NCBI RefSeq assembly: GCF_964355755.1
Contig: NC_092674.1
Coordinates: 17,794,001-17,858,000 of the forward strand
From: Antedon mediterranea
Taxonomy: Eukaryota; Animalia; Echinodermata
Direction: 5' to 3'
Length of the DNA stretch: 64,000 nucleotides
The notes under the pieces were generated by a model. It saw nothing but the letters and a program-made list of their open reading frames with translations. It had not been told where the DNA came from and made no database searches. Shown here in pieces: positions 12,096-26,233 of this stretch. Position 1 is the stretch's first letter, and every line of letters starts with the position of its first letter. Both the position numbers and the translations under genes were made by a program.

Positions 12096-15000
12096 AATTG
12101 AATAATAAAGTATGCCATGTACATAGTGTTCCCTGCCAATTGAGCATTTCCATGCGAAATGTATATGACCTGAACATTTCATTCTCACACTCACAGTATC
12201 ATAAAGTCTATACATTTCCTAAATTACATAAAATTTCTACTTCTCTGAACAAAAATAATTATCATAATTTCTATAATAAATAATAAAAATAATGACGTGA
12301 TTTCAACAAAAGCACTAATTCGCGTATGTACTGTAATGCGAGTTACAGACGAATAACGCATTTAAAATGTATTCATGACATCTACATATAGGTGACATTT
12401 TGTAGCAATAACTTTTCAACCATAACTAGTATGATAATTTCAATTAACGTGTCCCATGATATTCTTTGTTCTATCGAAGTTAAATAAATGATTATTTTGG
12501 TTTTTTTCTTGTATAGTTCATACCCTTACAGGAAAATTTATCCTCAAGGTTACCTGATGATGTGCTATGCCCAGAACATGTTTTAAGGCAGAGTTAAAAT
12601 TTCGATTTTTTCTACAGTATTCATATCCTCTGCCTATGTAGCTCTTTGATTTTTAAAGTTTTCAATAAATTAACTTACTTTCGAGCATTTTAGGGCAAAC
12701 TGTTGTATTAGACTAAATAGAAATGTATATCTTCCAAACAATTTGACACCAAAAGTAATGCTCTACGACAAATATTTCTTGAGATACGGTAAAGAGATAT
12801 GAATAGGTCAATAAGAGGTCAATAACCTCACTTCCGGTCATTTTGGGATAAAATATTTCATTACACCAAATAAAAATATGCATGTTCTGAACAATTTGGG
12901 CCTAATCTTAATTCTCTATGACAAGCCATTACCGAGATATGATAAGACCAGGTCAAAGGTCAAACTGCCAGAAACTGTAGTAGCGGCCATTTTTTGACAA
13001 CATTTTCTGTTAGAGCAAATAGGAATGTATATATTGTGAACTATTTGACACCAAAATCGATACTCTACGACAAGCGGTTACAAAGTTATAGACCAATTTA
13101 AAATGGCAGCCATTTTGGACGCCATCTTGGATTTCTCGGAGAGCACAAGGAGGATTTTTCGGGACTTTTAGTATGATGTTCCAATCATAGTTCTCGACCT
13201 TTCCTGAAAAAATTAGCTTGTTACCAGAAATTTCCGGGTCAAACCCTAATGCTCTTGGACTATAGTCATTTTAAAAAAGATTGACATCATTTCAAATTAA
13301 AATGACGTCATACGAACACGTTGATTTATACCATTTGCGCGCGTTGTAGTTGAAAAAGTTATAAATATTGTCAAAATAATGCCAATTTTGAATCTATTAT
13401 AGCTCCTCAGGATCATCCATGACCCCCAATTTTTTAAATTTAATATGTAAGCAGATATGTTGTAGATATGAATTCATGCAGAATATTTACCCCTCGGATG
13501 TTATGACGTCATCGTATGGCCCGGAGGCCACACAAATGTAAAATATTGGATTTTTGACTGTTTCGTTATTGCTCATTACATTAAATAGAGCGCATATCGC
13601 TTATACGTATTCCATTTCCTCATATATTCTAATACTGTCTAGGTCGATCAACTATCTTTCGCATGAGTTAAAAATATTTTAATTTTTATGACGTCATCAT
13701 GTCTAAAAATATAAATAATTTTGGTCACTTATTTTTATCTTTACAGTAAATTTCAATCGGTTATAGTGATAATCATTATTAACGCTTTCTGGAGGCTATT
13801 GGATTTTAGATACGAATTCATGTGAATATTTTGTCAATCAGTTGTTGTGACGTCATCATATGGCCAGTTGAATTCAAAAAGTCATATTTTCACCTCTTGC
13901 ATAAAAGTTCATTGCGTTTAAACGAGAGCGCATCTCACTTTTACATGCCCAAAATTCTTAAAATTTGTTTTAATGTAATTATTTAGATAATTATCTTCTA
14001 AAATTGTTATCTTTATATGTCAATTTGATGATGTCATCGTGTTAATAATTGGATTTAAAAGATGGGTCTCGTAATTTCGTCTATGCTACACTGTATATAA
14101 CATATACAGTGTATTCTGTAAATACTGTAACATGATGTATGCTACAAAATAGCACTGTAAAGATATTTATTACATGTCATAGGATGGCATAATAATTGTC
14201 GAGGTTCATATAGTTTAAAGTATGTGCATGTTGCGTATGCGCGGATAACCCGAACTCGTCAAAGTGACGTTCGTTGCGGATAACTCCTTGTGATTGTACG
14301 AAATCAATATCTTTTTTTTAGTTATCCGCATAGTAGCGGATAACTCCTTGTAACTGTCTTGTTTCATCATCTTTTTTGTTGGTTATCCGCAACTTACAGT
14401 TGCGGATAACCCTTGTGATTGTAAATATCTTTTTTTTCATCTTCTTCTTTGTTATGATTGTAAATATCTTTTTTTTCATTAGTTATCCGCTTAGTAGCGG
14501 ATAACTCCTTGTGATTGTAGTGGATCAATATTTTTTTTTTTTAGTTATCCGCTTAGTAGCGGATAACTCCTTGTGATTGTAGTGGATCAATATTTTTTTT
14601 TTTTTTTCTGTATTATTCTTATTTCTTTCCCATTTTTTTGTGAGTCACGTTTCTCTAAAATGTGTAAACATAACATTTTATAACTTTGACAACATGTGGG
14701 CATTTACGTGAAGTTGTGCATCTCCTATTTTGAATGACGTCAGAGTTGCGCAACGTGACTTGCGTGCGATTTTATGATTTTTTATGATTGATCATAGACT
14801 AAAAACCAAGCATAAATTTGTTTTGACACTTCGTGAAAATTTAAGTCATATCAAGGGCAAACTTTTTGTGGATTAAAAATGCCATGTTTTACAAGACGTT
14901 ACGCGCGCACGCGCATTTCTCCTCTAGTTTTGTGTCTCGCGTATCTCAAAAACGTGTAAACATAACATTTCATAACTTTGTCAACATATGGGCATTCACG

Positions 15001-18000
15001 TGAAGTTGTGCACCTCCTATTGTGAATGACGTCAGAAATGCGCAACGTGACTTGCGCGCGATTTTATTAATTTCGCGTATTTAACATTGATTTAAAACCA
15101 TATAACAATTTAAATTGAAACTTAGCAAAAGTTTAATTTATATCATGCGCTAACTTTCTGTGGAAAAAAAATTGCGTGTTTTACACAAAGTTACGCGCGC
15201 ACGCGCATTTAAAATTCAAAAAGCGCAAAATTAATTTTTAATCAACTTTCTACGCTGATCATGACATTTTGAGCATGTCAAAATTTCCCACGCGCGCGAA
15301 CAAGTTCATGCGCGTGGTGCGCACGTAGCGCTAAAAGTTTTTTTTTATTATTCAATTATGTTTTTCCAGCCTTTTATAGTAATTTTACCAATTTTAAAAC
15401 AATTTCGACTTACAATTACGTCATACGGGCACGTTGAATTGGATACTTTACGTGCGTTTTTTATGAAAAAGTTAAAAAAATTGTCAAAATTATGCCTTTT
15501 TTTAAACAATCATAGATTCTAAACAACGTGGTGAACTTTTTTTTAATTACATATTCTGGAAGTTGATGAGTTGTAGAAATCGGATCATGAATCAATATGG
15601 CTAACCGGACATTGTGACGTCATCTTATGGCCACACGAATGTAAAATATATGATTTTTGTCTCTTTCGTTTATTGCTCATCACATTAAATTGAGCGCATC
15701 ACGCTTATCTGTATTCCTTTTTCTCCGAGATTTTAATATTATCTAGGTCAATCAAATATCTTACGCATGAGTTAAAAATATTTTAATTTTTATGACGTCA
15801 TCATGCCTAAAAATTTTAATTAACAGCGTCATTAATTTCATCTTTACAGTAAATTTTAATCTGTTATAGCTCGTAAGAATAAAATGTGATAATCACGATT
15901 AAAACGTTTTCAGGAAGCTATGGGATTGTAGATTCGAAATCATGTGAACTTTTCCAGAAAACGTTTTAATCGTGATTATCACATTTTATTCTGATGAGCT
16001 ATAACAGATTAAAATTTACTGTAAAGATAAATATAAGTGACCCACGTTATTTACATTTTTAGACATGATGACGTCATAAAAATTTTAAAAATTTTTACTC
16101 ATGCGTAAGATAGTTGATTGACCTAGAAAATTTCAAAATCTGGGTTAAAATGGAATACGGATAAGTGGAGAGGCGCTCTATTAAATGAGATGCGCTATGA
16201 AGAAAGATACAAAAATCCTATATTTTATATTCGCGTGGCCATACGTTGACGTCACAATGTCCGGTTTGCCATATCAATGCATGATTCCTTATCTACAACT
16301 TATCATCTTCCTGGATATGTAATTTAAACAAAGTTCACCTCGTAGTTTAGAATCTATGATTGTTTAAAAAAAGGTATAATTTTGACAAATTGTTGAACTT
16401 TTTCCTCAAAAACGCACATACATTATCCAATTCGACGTGCCCGTATGACGTAATTTGAAGTCGAAATTGTTTCAAAGTTGGTAAAATTACTATAAAAGGC
16501 TTGAAAACATAAATCACGAGAGAAAAATTGTTTTCAACGCTACGTTCGCACCGCGCGCGTAAAAAAAAGCGCGCGCGTGGGAATTTTTTACATGCTTAAA
16601 ATGACATGAAACGCGTAGAAAGTTGATTAGAAATTGATTTTTCGCAATTTGAAATTTTAAACGCGCGTGCGCGCGTAACTTCGTGTGAAACATGCCATTT
16701 TTTCCCCATAGTCAGTTAGCGCAAGATATAACTTAAACTTTTTTTCAGTTTCAATTTAAATTGTTATATGGTTTTCGATCTATGTTAAATACGCGAAATT
16801 CGGAAAAACGCGCGTAAGTCATGTTGCGCAACTCTGACGTCATTCAAAAATAGGAGGTGCACAATTTCATGTAAATGCCCACATGTTGACAAAGTTATGA
16901 AATGTTATGTTTACACGTTTTTGAGTTACGCGAGACACAAAAATGACAGAAAGAAAGAAGAATACAGAAAAAAAAAAAAAAAAAAAAAAAGATGATGAAA
17001 CAGGACAGTTACAAGGAGTTATCCGCTCAATGCGGATAACTAATAACGTGGGTCCCCTATTTTCATCTTTACAGTAAATTTCAATCTGTTTTAGCTTGTT
17101 AGAATAAAAAGTGATAATCATGATTAAAACGTTTTGTGAAAGCTATTGGATTGTAGATACGAATTCATGTGAATATTTTGCCAATCAGATGTTGTGACGT
17201 CATCATATGGCCAGTTGAATTCAAAAAGTCATATTTTCATCTCTTGCGTAAAAGTTCATTGCGTTTAAACGAGAGTGCATCTCACTTTTATGTGCCCACA
17301 ATTCTTCAAATTTGTAATAATGTAATTATTTAGATAATTATCTTCTAAAATAGTTATTTTTATATGTCAATTTGATGACGTCATCATGTTAATAATTGGA
17401 TTTAAAAGATGGGTCTCGTAATTTCGTCTATGCTACACTGTATATAACATAATACAGTGTATTCTGTAAATACTGTAATATGCTGTATGCTACAAAATAG
17501 GTACAATTCAGCACTGTAAACATATTTAATTCATGTCATAGGATGGCATAATAATTGTCGGCGTTCATATATTTTAAACGTATGTGCATGTTGCGTTTGC
17601 GCGGATAACCCGAACTAGTCAAAGTGATGAGTTCAAATCTAGTTTTTCTATGTTCTTCTTTCTTTCCACGAATTTTGTTCGCAGTGTATCTCTAATTCTG
17701 GCCACCATATGATTGTATAACTTTGTCAAAAGATTGCCCTGTAGCTGTAGATGTGCAAGAAACTTTTTTTTATGAATTTTGAGTCGCGCAGTGTAAGTTA
17801 CGCGCAATTTTATGAATTTCAATGATTGATCATAGATTAAAAACCAAAAGTCATTTTGTATTGAAACTTGGTGAAAATTTTAGTTATATCAAGCGCAAAG
17901 TTTCTATGGATTAAAAATGGCATGTTCAACAGAAAGTTATGCGCGCACGCGCGTTTAAAATTTCAAAATGCGAAACATCAATTTCTAATCAACTTTTTAC

Positions 18001-18899
18001 GCGTTTCATGTCATTTTGAGCATTTCATAAATTCCCACACGTGCGCAATTTTTTAACGCGCCCGTGCGCACGTAGCGCAAAGACATCATTTTTTTGCTTG
18101 ATTTTTGTTTTTTCTGTCTTTTATAGTATATTTACCAATTTTCAATCAATTTTGCCTTAAAATCACGTCATACGAGCACGTAGAATTAAAGAATTTGCGC
18201 GCAATCTTGATGAAAAAGTTCAAAAAAATGTCAAAATTATGCCTTTTTTTAAACAGTCATAGATTCTAAACTATGTGGTGAACTTTTTTATAATTACATA
18301 TTCTGATAGTAGATGAGTTGTAGATATCGAATCATGCATCAATATGGCTAACCGGACATTGTGACGTCATCGTATGGCCACTCGAATTTAAAATATAGGA
18401 TTTTTGTCTCTTTCCTCATAGCTCGTCACATTTAATAGAGCGCATCTCCACATATTTGTTTTCCATTTCCCCCCATTTTTTTATATTGTCTAGGTCAATC
18501 AATTATCTTTCGCATGATTCAACATTTTTTAAATTTTTATGACGTCATCATGTGCAAAAGCGTAAATAACTTTGGTCACTTATTTTCACCTATTCTGCAC
18601 TGTATGTAGTACGTATACAGTATAGTGTATACTGTATATACTTAGACGTGTCACAAAATAGAGGGCGCACTAACATTTTTTCAATGGAAAAATCGTTTCT
18701 CTGCGCCCAATATTCTAACGTATGACGTGCACGTGGCTTTTGCGCTGCGGATAACCTAACTCGTCCGTAGTGACGAGTTCAAATCTAGTGACATATTCTG
18801 TCTGTTTGACATATTATTGAATTTAGACGATTTTCAAGAATTAAATTACTTATAATGTAGGTTGTCTAGAGCAAAATAAGGTTAACTTGCAGATACACT

Positions 18900-20340
18900 T
18901 TAACTTTGTTTAAAAATGAACGGCAACCTCAAAAGAATTCACAAGTAAAAACAATCAACAAGTGATAACGCGAGTGGTAACCACCGATTTAGGGGGAAAA
19001 CTGATCACACACATCCACCATCCCATGGGAAAGTGAACGCTGACAAAGTAAAAGAGGCAATAAAGAGAAGAGCAACCACAACTAATGAAACACACAGCAG
19101 ATCTTAATGGCAACACGTCTCCGAAGAAGGTAGGCTAGCTCTTCCAGAAGTAAATAACATGCGAAGAAACATTCAAAGGCATAGGCAGATGAATAACCCA
19201 CAGGTGTGGCTGATTCAGGCATGGCTGACCCAAATCGTTTCCTCCTGTTTGCCACAGAAAGAAATCTTTAGGTATAAGCTTTTCCTAAATTATATAATCT
19301 TTAAAGTCATAAAATGTATTACACAAACACAGCAATCAACACATGCATGCATAATGCGTCTTAAGATTGATTATTTATTGTGGTTTTTATTTATTTATAT
19401 TTATAGATATATTATTTTAGATGAAATAAAATTGGTTTTTGTTTGTACATATAAGTAGGTGGGACTAAAAGATTTTTATCATCGGGAAATATGCGTAAAC
19501 ATTTGTGTGTGTATAACATTTAAAGTAGGCCTATGCATGGAGGTTACATAAGAAAAGTTAAATAATTATAATTTAGTTGGACGTTCTATTAACAGAGATT
19601 CTACTGGGCAATAATATTATTGGTTTGTTCTTCGTTCAAGGTCCTATCAGCAGCTAATTCGCAGACGGAACATTTAAGGTCGTCCCAATGATCTTTTTCC
19701 AGCTCTGGACCATTCATGGTGTATATGAGGGCCATGTATTTCCCCTCGTCTACGCACTCCTGCGAAACAAGACACAAGTGATGTACACACGTGTGTTGGA
19801 AGCCATTCGGGAACATGGTGACTTCATCCCACATCAATTTGCATCGATTCTGAAATGGCAGCAAAAAATGCTTTTGTGGTTGTATTCCCGGATGCAAATA
19901 CCAAGGGATGCCTCTTTCATCTTTGTCAGAGAATTCATGAAAGGGTAAAATAAATTGTAACATCTTCCTTCCCAAAAATAGTAAAATAAAACAATTTTAC
20001 ACAATTAATAATATATAGATGGTTTGCATTTACGTTAACAAAAATATAAAGATACCGAGCAGTGCTTCCAGGCTCTGGTGAGTATGGTGCAACCACAGCT
20101 TCTTCCTATTCTCAATTATTTTGAGGAAACATACATCGGCAGGCCTCAAAGAAATTAGGTCCCACGGTTTTCACCAAGAATGTGGAATGTACATACAGAA
20201 ACACTAGCTGGTGAGGCGCGCACGACCAACAACGTCGAAGGATGGCACAGTCGCTTCCAAATTGGTGTTGGAGCTGACCATCCTACTTTTTGGGTGTTCC
20301 TTGATTGCCTTAAGCGAGAACAGGCAACAAAAGGAGTCTA
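18900..20340 (+). pseudogene. Degenerate MULE (Mutator-like) transposase
   Basis: QLWTIHG...FPLVYALLRNKTQ.MY, DSEMAAKNA..GCLFHLCQ, RTTNNVEGWH...HPTFWVFLDCLKREQ across broken frames. Confidence 0.85.
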
Positions 20341-20823
20341 TATATAAATAATATATAATAATAATATTTAGATTTAAAATTTGACTCCCTATATAATAAC
20401 TCATCATCATAGGCCTATATCATGAGTCAAATTTTAAATCTAAATCTGGCAATTTAACATCGTAACTTATAATGCATTAAACTACCTCACTGACTTAAAA
20501 TGTTACTTTAATGGTTAATTCAATTTTAGATTGTCATCTAAAAATATGATTATAATAAAGTGTTTGTGAAGGTTACATTATAAAGTACTCTTATTTTAAA
20601 GGCCAAATAAAGTGTTATCTATCCAGTACACCCTATGCAAAATATTATTTAAGATTGAACATGTAATGTAATTCAATATATTGGCCTAAATATTTCGATT
20701 TTAATGATACTTTTTTATGTTAAATATACTTATACATCAGTTCAGGCAGAGTCTTTTCACTTTTGATTAAAAAGTAATCAATTTAGTATGTAAAGTGTAT
20801 TCCTAAATATATTAGCTTTGCAG

Positions 20824-21488
20824 TTTCTTGTGGATGTGATGAGCGTGTGAATCAACTTGAAATCAGCCATGCAGAACTGGTCAACAAAGTGACATCCATC
20901 GAAGAAATCCTAAACCAAATTCTCGTTACAAATCAGGCTGAATTACTCGCCAATTTTTCACAACTTGCCACTCATCAACCAACACAACATCATCACCCAG
21001 CACAAACCAACCAACACAACACCACATCAACCAAAACCACATCACCACCCAGCACAAATCATCCAACCAACACCACATCAGCCAACACAACATCATAACC
21101 CAGTACATCTTATAAATATCGGATTATCATCACGAGTAATGCTAACTGCCGGTCCAGATGGAGTCATTATGTTAGGTGGTGAGTTACCCGTTGCAGAAGA
21201 GAAATACCGCCGTGCTGCTCTCGCTGGGAACACAGCAACATCATTTACCAGACAATTGTTAGACTGTGTGTGTTCCATCCACACATATTGGCGAAATTCA
21301 ATTTACAGGGGAAATCAACCAGAGTTAATGGAAAAGTATTCAATTGGGATCCATTGCTGCTGAACGAGATGAGAGCAATATTTAAGCAAGTGGAGTCAAA
21401 ATTTCCTGGCTCTACCTCTCATCAAGAAAGGGCAATCAAGGAAGCGGTAAATGCCGGGCGCATCGCGCTGGACGCCAAACTGAGCTAA
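20824..21488 (+). pseudogene. Coiled-coil plus BEN-domain-like ORF, frameshifted
   Basis: RVNQLEISHAELVNKVTSIEEILNQIL coiled coil, Q/H/P/T spacer, SFTRQLLDCVF..ILAKFNLQGK...DPLL..AIFKQVESKF..AIKEAVN. Confidence 0.55.
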
Positions 21489-21631
21489 GTTTAATGTAAA
21501 ATGTTATATATGACTTGTATGTATGATTTGAATTGTGTTTTTTTAATAAATGAAATCTTGTTTATACTAAATTGTTGTTCTTTGTTTAATTAAATACCGG
21601 TATATATTACACAAATAATAATATTAATGTT

Positions 21632-21752
21632 TATGAGTTGAATGGTGCGAATATTTCATTCGTTAAAAGATTGACTGCTCTATTTAACAAGGCGGAGCTG
21701 AGTTAAAAAGAGCAGTCAATCTTTCAACGATTGAAATATTCTCTCCATTCGG
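21632..21752. repeat. Long palindrome (Crypton-MITE-like)
   Basis: GAATATTTCATTCGTTAAAAGATTGACTGCTC...GAGCAGTCAATCTTTCAACGATTGAAATATTC around a GGCGGAGC centre. Confidence 0.5.
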
Positions 21753-24700
21753 AGAATACAAAACATTAATTATTTGTTTTACAGCACGATATGTAATTAA
21801 CATAATTAATTACTATGAAGTCCGTGTCTCAGAATGTAGTGGAAATGAACATTCATTGACAACTACATTTACTTACGAACAAACGGCTACTTTTGTTGTT
21901 TACCGCCGTGTAGCAAACTTGGCAAAAGATCAAAACAGATCACGGCGGAGTAGCGAACGCGCTTGCTGAATTTCTATTTATAGTACAGGTGAATTTACAG
22001 TTAGTATCTTCTAATAAAACTCAAGAGGCTTGTGTCTACTGTTCAAACTTGTTTGCAGTCGCGGGAACAACCTCATTACCCCGTACCGTCTTTAAAGTTA
22101 ATACTCACATAATTATTTCATAATTCTCATCGTTACATTCAACGTTTGTAATAGTAAGGTATAACAACATTGTATAAATCGAAATTGTAACAAACCATCT
22201 CTAAAATTGAATAATATCGTCATTCAACACTTAGTGAACTATTTAATTGTTCTGTGCTAGTTAGTAAACATGAATTTGTTCACTATCATTATTTTTTTTT
22301 TTTTTGCCTTTGTAAGAAATTACACCCGCCTTAATTTTCCCAATTATTTTATCCTACAAATTAACTAGAATAATGGAAGATTCAGAACCGAACACTGATT
22401 TATTAATGTTTCTTGCACATTTTTAATATGTCCGTTTTGATCATTTTCTTTCATTTGTACGGTAATATTTAGCATATTTTAAGCATAGTTTACTTCAACC
22501 ATTTAGACTTTTTCCAGGCTTTTTATGACATTTTTAAGAATAATTAAAAGCGATTTTAAAGGCCAGACTAGGTTGGCGGCTGTTTCAGTTTTTGCCCCGG
22601 ACCAAATATCGCTGATTTTTTTAATCTCTTCACTTTTCATCTTTTTGAGGGAAAGCAAAGTTTCAACAAAATGAGTACCTGTATTTACTCTATCTACTGT
22701 ATCTATATATAAATTATGGTTAATTCTGACATAGGCGAGCACAATGGAAAAACTTTGGTACAAATCTCTGCCTTGGATACCTACCTGATCTATCTCAGAT
22801 GTACCGTGAAATGTAAATTTGATAACATTAGTTTTCACTATTACGATATTGTTCCATATTTCTATCTTAGGAAAATATTATAAAGAGTTTTTAAAGAAAA
22901 TTTCTGATTTAATCGGTAGATTTTCAACTCAATTTCAATTGTATGCGGGTCAAAGTAATTTCCGGGTTCACGATGAGTTCACCTTGCAACCAGGGAGGTG
23001 ACAAAATATTTGTTATACCTCCCTGTTGCAACAACCTGGTTTTAACTAAGTCGGCCGTTATTTTTGTTTATTTTCGGAACGGACCGCGCGTGTGAAGGTA
23101 CAGTAGTTTAAAAATAAAAATTATACTGCAAATTAATAAAGATCAAATTAAATATACGCCATAAAGCATCGGAAATGTGGGGAATAGTATTATAAAATTA
23201 CATAAGATTAAGATCTGATGATAAGACATTTTGTTTAAAATCGAATGAAATCCCGATAGCCGAGTTTATTGAGTAAGCTGGCAGGATTAACTGTAGGCTA
23301 TCTTTGTCCCGTTAGGACCGGGATGTCTGCCCATGTTGCAAACCGTCTAAAACGTCTTCTTTCTTGGGCCGAAACTTTGTCGCGTAAGTTAGTTTCAAAA
23401 GATGTTTAATATAAATAATGTATTAATTATTATGATGGTATTTATTTTAATAAACGTCTCCCCAAAAAAACATCACTTTGAAAAATAATCCCCAGCCCCT
23501 CAACCCAACTATCTAATAAACGCCCATCCACATTTATACACACAATATTGTATTATATTTATAATAACACAATTATACTATTTGTAGTAGAATTCATCGC
23601 ACTATTATCTACAATTTACCAAGCATTTGTTATTCTTTTTTACCACTTTTCAAATCTATTAGAGGATTTCATTTGATTTTAAATGTTACCATATTATTAA
23701 AACTAAAAAATTAAAAATATCCCTCTAATAATCACCTCCCTCAAATGAACTCCACCTCCCCACTTCCGCCCTATAAGGGCCCTACCAAACAATAAACACT
23801 ATACTTTAATTTGTTATTAATCATCTAAGACACTGTGAAACAGAGTAAGGTTAGTTTTACGAATGTCAAGCATTTTCAATAATGGTAACCGACAGAAAAC
23901 GTACAAGGAGAACGTCCTTCTTAAACCTTTTTACCCGAGTCATTATCATTCCGAGAACCATCGTCTATACTTCCTAGAGGGGGAGCGAGCAAACCCTCTA
24001 TTTAGAAGTAATTCGGTAAATCGCGCCTAACTTTTAGAATTTTTACTTGATGGTATGTAAAGTTGGTTCGTACTTTCGGTACTGATTTTAACCACCTGAT
24101 GTAACCCTGTTTACTAATTAAATTAAGTTAGATAATTAGTTATTGACGATTAAAACGAATTTAGGTTCAACAATTTGCCCCAGATAGGGGTGTTTTCCGA
24201 TCGTGGTATACACTGTCTAATGGATGTCCATCTTGAAAAATACCCGCCACAAAAATGCGAGGAGGCTTCGCATTTTCCTATCTCCTCCTACGATAATTGT
24301 TTTTAATAGCTGAAAACCGGTTGAACAGCTCGAGTACAGTATCATAATGTTGAAGACAGGCCGATTTTCTTAAAAAATACTATTTTGATAGATTTAATAT
24401 ACGTTTATACAAATGTATTGATTTGCGATGAATGGAACATTCCAATCTCTGTGTCGTTCCACAAGTGTCTATTCCCTCAGGCGTCGTAAAGGAAAGTACT
24501 GTATATTCATAACAGAAATTCGATCCATTTTTTTTTCAATCTGTGCTGCAGAGGTTGGATATAATTTTTTTTCACAAATTGTTTAACATTATATATAAAC
24601 ATACGTCGTAGTGTATCGTTACATGTACTGTACTATTTCAATCGACTACGACGGTGATAGTTTCAACAAAGTATTACATCGCAATGTTTTACTGTGTTTT

Positions 24701-25916
24701 AGTGGTATATTATTTGTAAAACATGTCAATTAATATTTCGTTACAAAATAAAGAATATATTTAAAAATTGTTCCTCTTTGCACCCATCCTCTTCCCCATC
24801 TCTCAACCATAATGTTACATACAAAACACAAATTAAGTTTGTTTAAATTTGACTTAAACAATTGGTCTCATTTTGTGACAACTTTCTCTTTCGGAAGTAA
24901 TTCCCAGTGTGCTAATTTTAGTTGAGTACATAAATCACAGTGTCTATTTAATCGTTCCTGTAAACGACATGTATTATTGTCCTGCATTATTGTACATTTG
25001 AAATCGCCAGTTTTTTAACGCTGAAATTACTGTGTATTCGAGAACCATCTGTGGGCACGACCATCTAGTTTGCCTAATTTACATATGTCCTTGTAACCTT
25101 GTTTGTTTATCAAAATAGGATCATGTTATTATGTAATAATCGAATGCTTTGTTCTGAAATAAAATGGATATTTCATGGAGAGATTATTATTTCTCCAGGA
25201 TTATATGCAACATTTGTAATTAATTATTTTGCTGCAACAATTTATTTGTACAATTCCTCCATGGAGGGAATCAGACTTAGGCCCTGTTCAGACCCATGGC
25301 ATTATAGCTTTTTAGGCTGACATATCCTGTATCATCGATGTGAGATGTGATTCAACAACACAAAAAAGGCCAGAATAAGGCCTAACTAGACTACAAACAA
25401 CTGATTACCATTATTAACAAATGAAATAAATAAATGCACCTTGTATTTAAACATAGGGACTACGATCCTGTCTCCTTAGGCCTAGCTAAATAAAAAAACA
25501 AGAACAAATTCAGTACACAAGGGGAGCTGTGTCTTTTTACTTGCAAGCTAGGGTTATTTTCAACCGACCAATCACAATCAATTTTTTTCTTTCTGGTTAA
25601 CACATTCTCACATCTCCATGCATGAGGTCTGTTTATTTTCATAACAACACAAGAGCCTGGGGGAAATGTTTTTTACTACAAAATAAAAACAAGAGAAACA
25701 TAAATTTAGCTTTACTATATTTAAAAAAAAATGCTGAGGTATGTTTTTTTACTGCAACATTTTACAAGGTCATATTGTCCTAATTTTTTAGGCGGTGGAC
25801 ATCGAGTCACATCTTCCACAGGAGCACCACGCTTTACTGTTTTTTTGCCATTCTCTATCATGTTCTTGGCCTTCTACCACATTATCATCATCTGTATCAT
25901 TTCTTGGCTTTCCTGT

Positions 25917-26233
25917 GAGGGCGTGTGGCGCAGTGTGTTGGACGTTGGACTACCGATCGTCAGACCTAGGTTCGAATCCAACTCTCGCCGCATTGCTTGT
26001 ATCCGTAGGCAAGATACTTTACTTACGTTGCCTCTCTCCACCCAGGTGTATAAATGGGTACCCAGTTAGATCTAGACACAACTTTGCACTGGTTACCGGC
26101 TGCATTACGGGAGTATGTTTCCATACGTGTTTGATCCCAAAAAATACTGGGGTAATAATCCTTGTAAAGCGCCTTTGAGCATGATTATTCATGAAAAGGG
26201 TGCTATATAAATGTGGTATTATTATTATTATTA
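25917..26233 (+). mobile_element. tRNA-derived SINE (same family as 11255-11564)
   Basis: A/B boxes, same core, (ATT)n tail. Confidence 0.85.

Larger units (their letters stand above)
9524..13262 (-). mobile_element. Non-autonomous Academ-like DNA transposon with ~720-bp TIRs
   Basis: TAGTCCAAGAG...CTCTTGGACTA termini, 3-bp TSD TAG (empty site matches other HINE copies), TIRs 9524-10252 and 12550-13262; residual Cys/acidic tail CFKRECTLEC..FGQTCN..DATSDDE* at 11020-11180. Confidence 0.75.
8728..18790 (+). mobile_element. Cluster of nested non-autonomous Helentrons (HINE/DINE-1-like)
   Basis: 5' heads GTTATCCGC-n-GCGGATAAC plus T-tract; 3' ends GCGGATAAC, hairpin (ACTCGTCA..TGACGAGT), CTAGT at ~17643 and ~18789 (truncated end at ~14270); homologous bodies; one inverted copy at 15959-17043. 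Confidence 0.8.
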
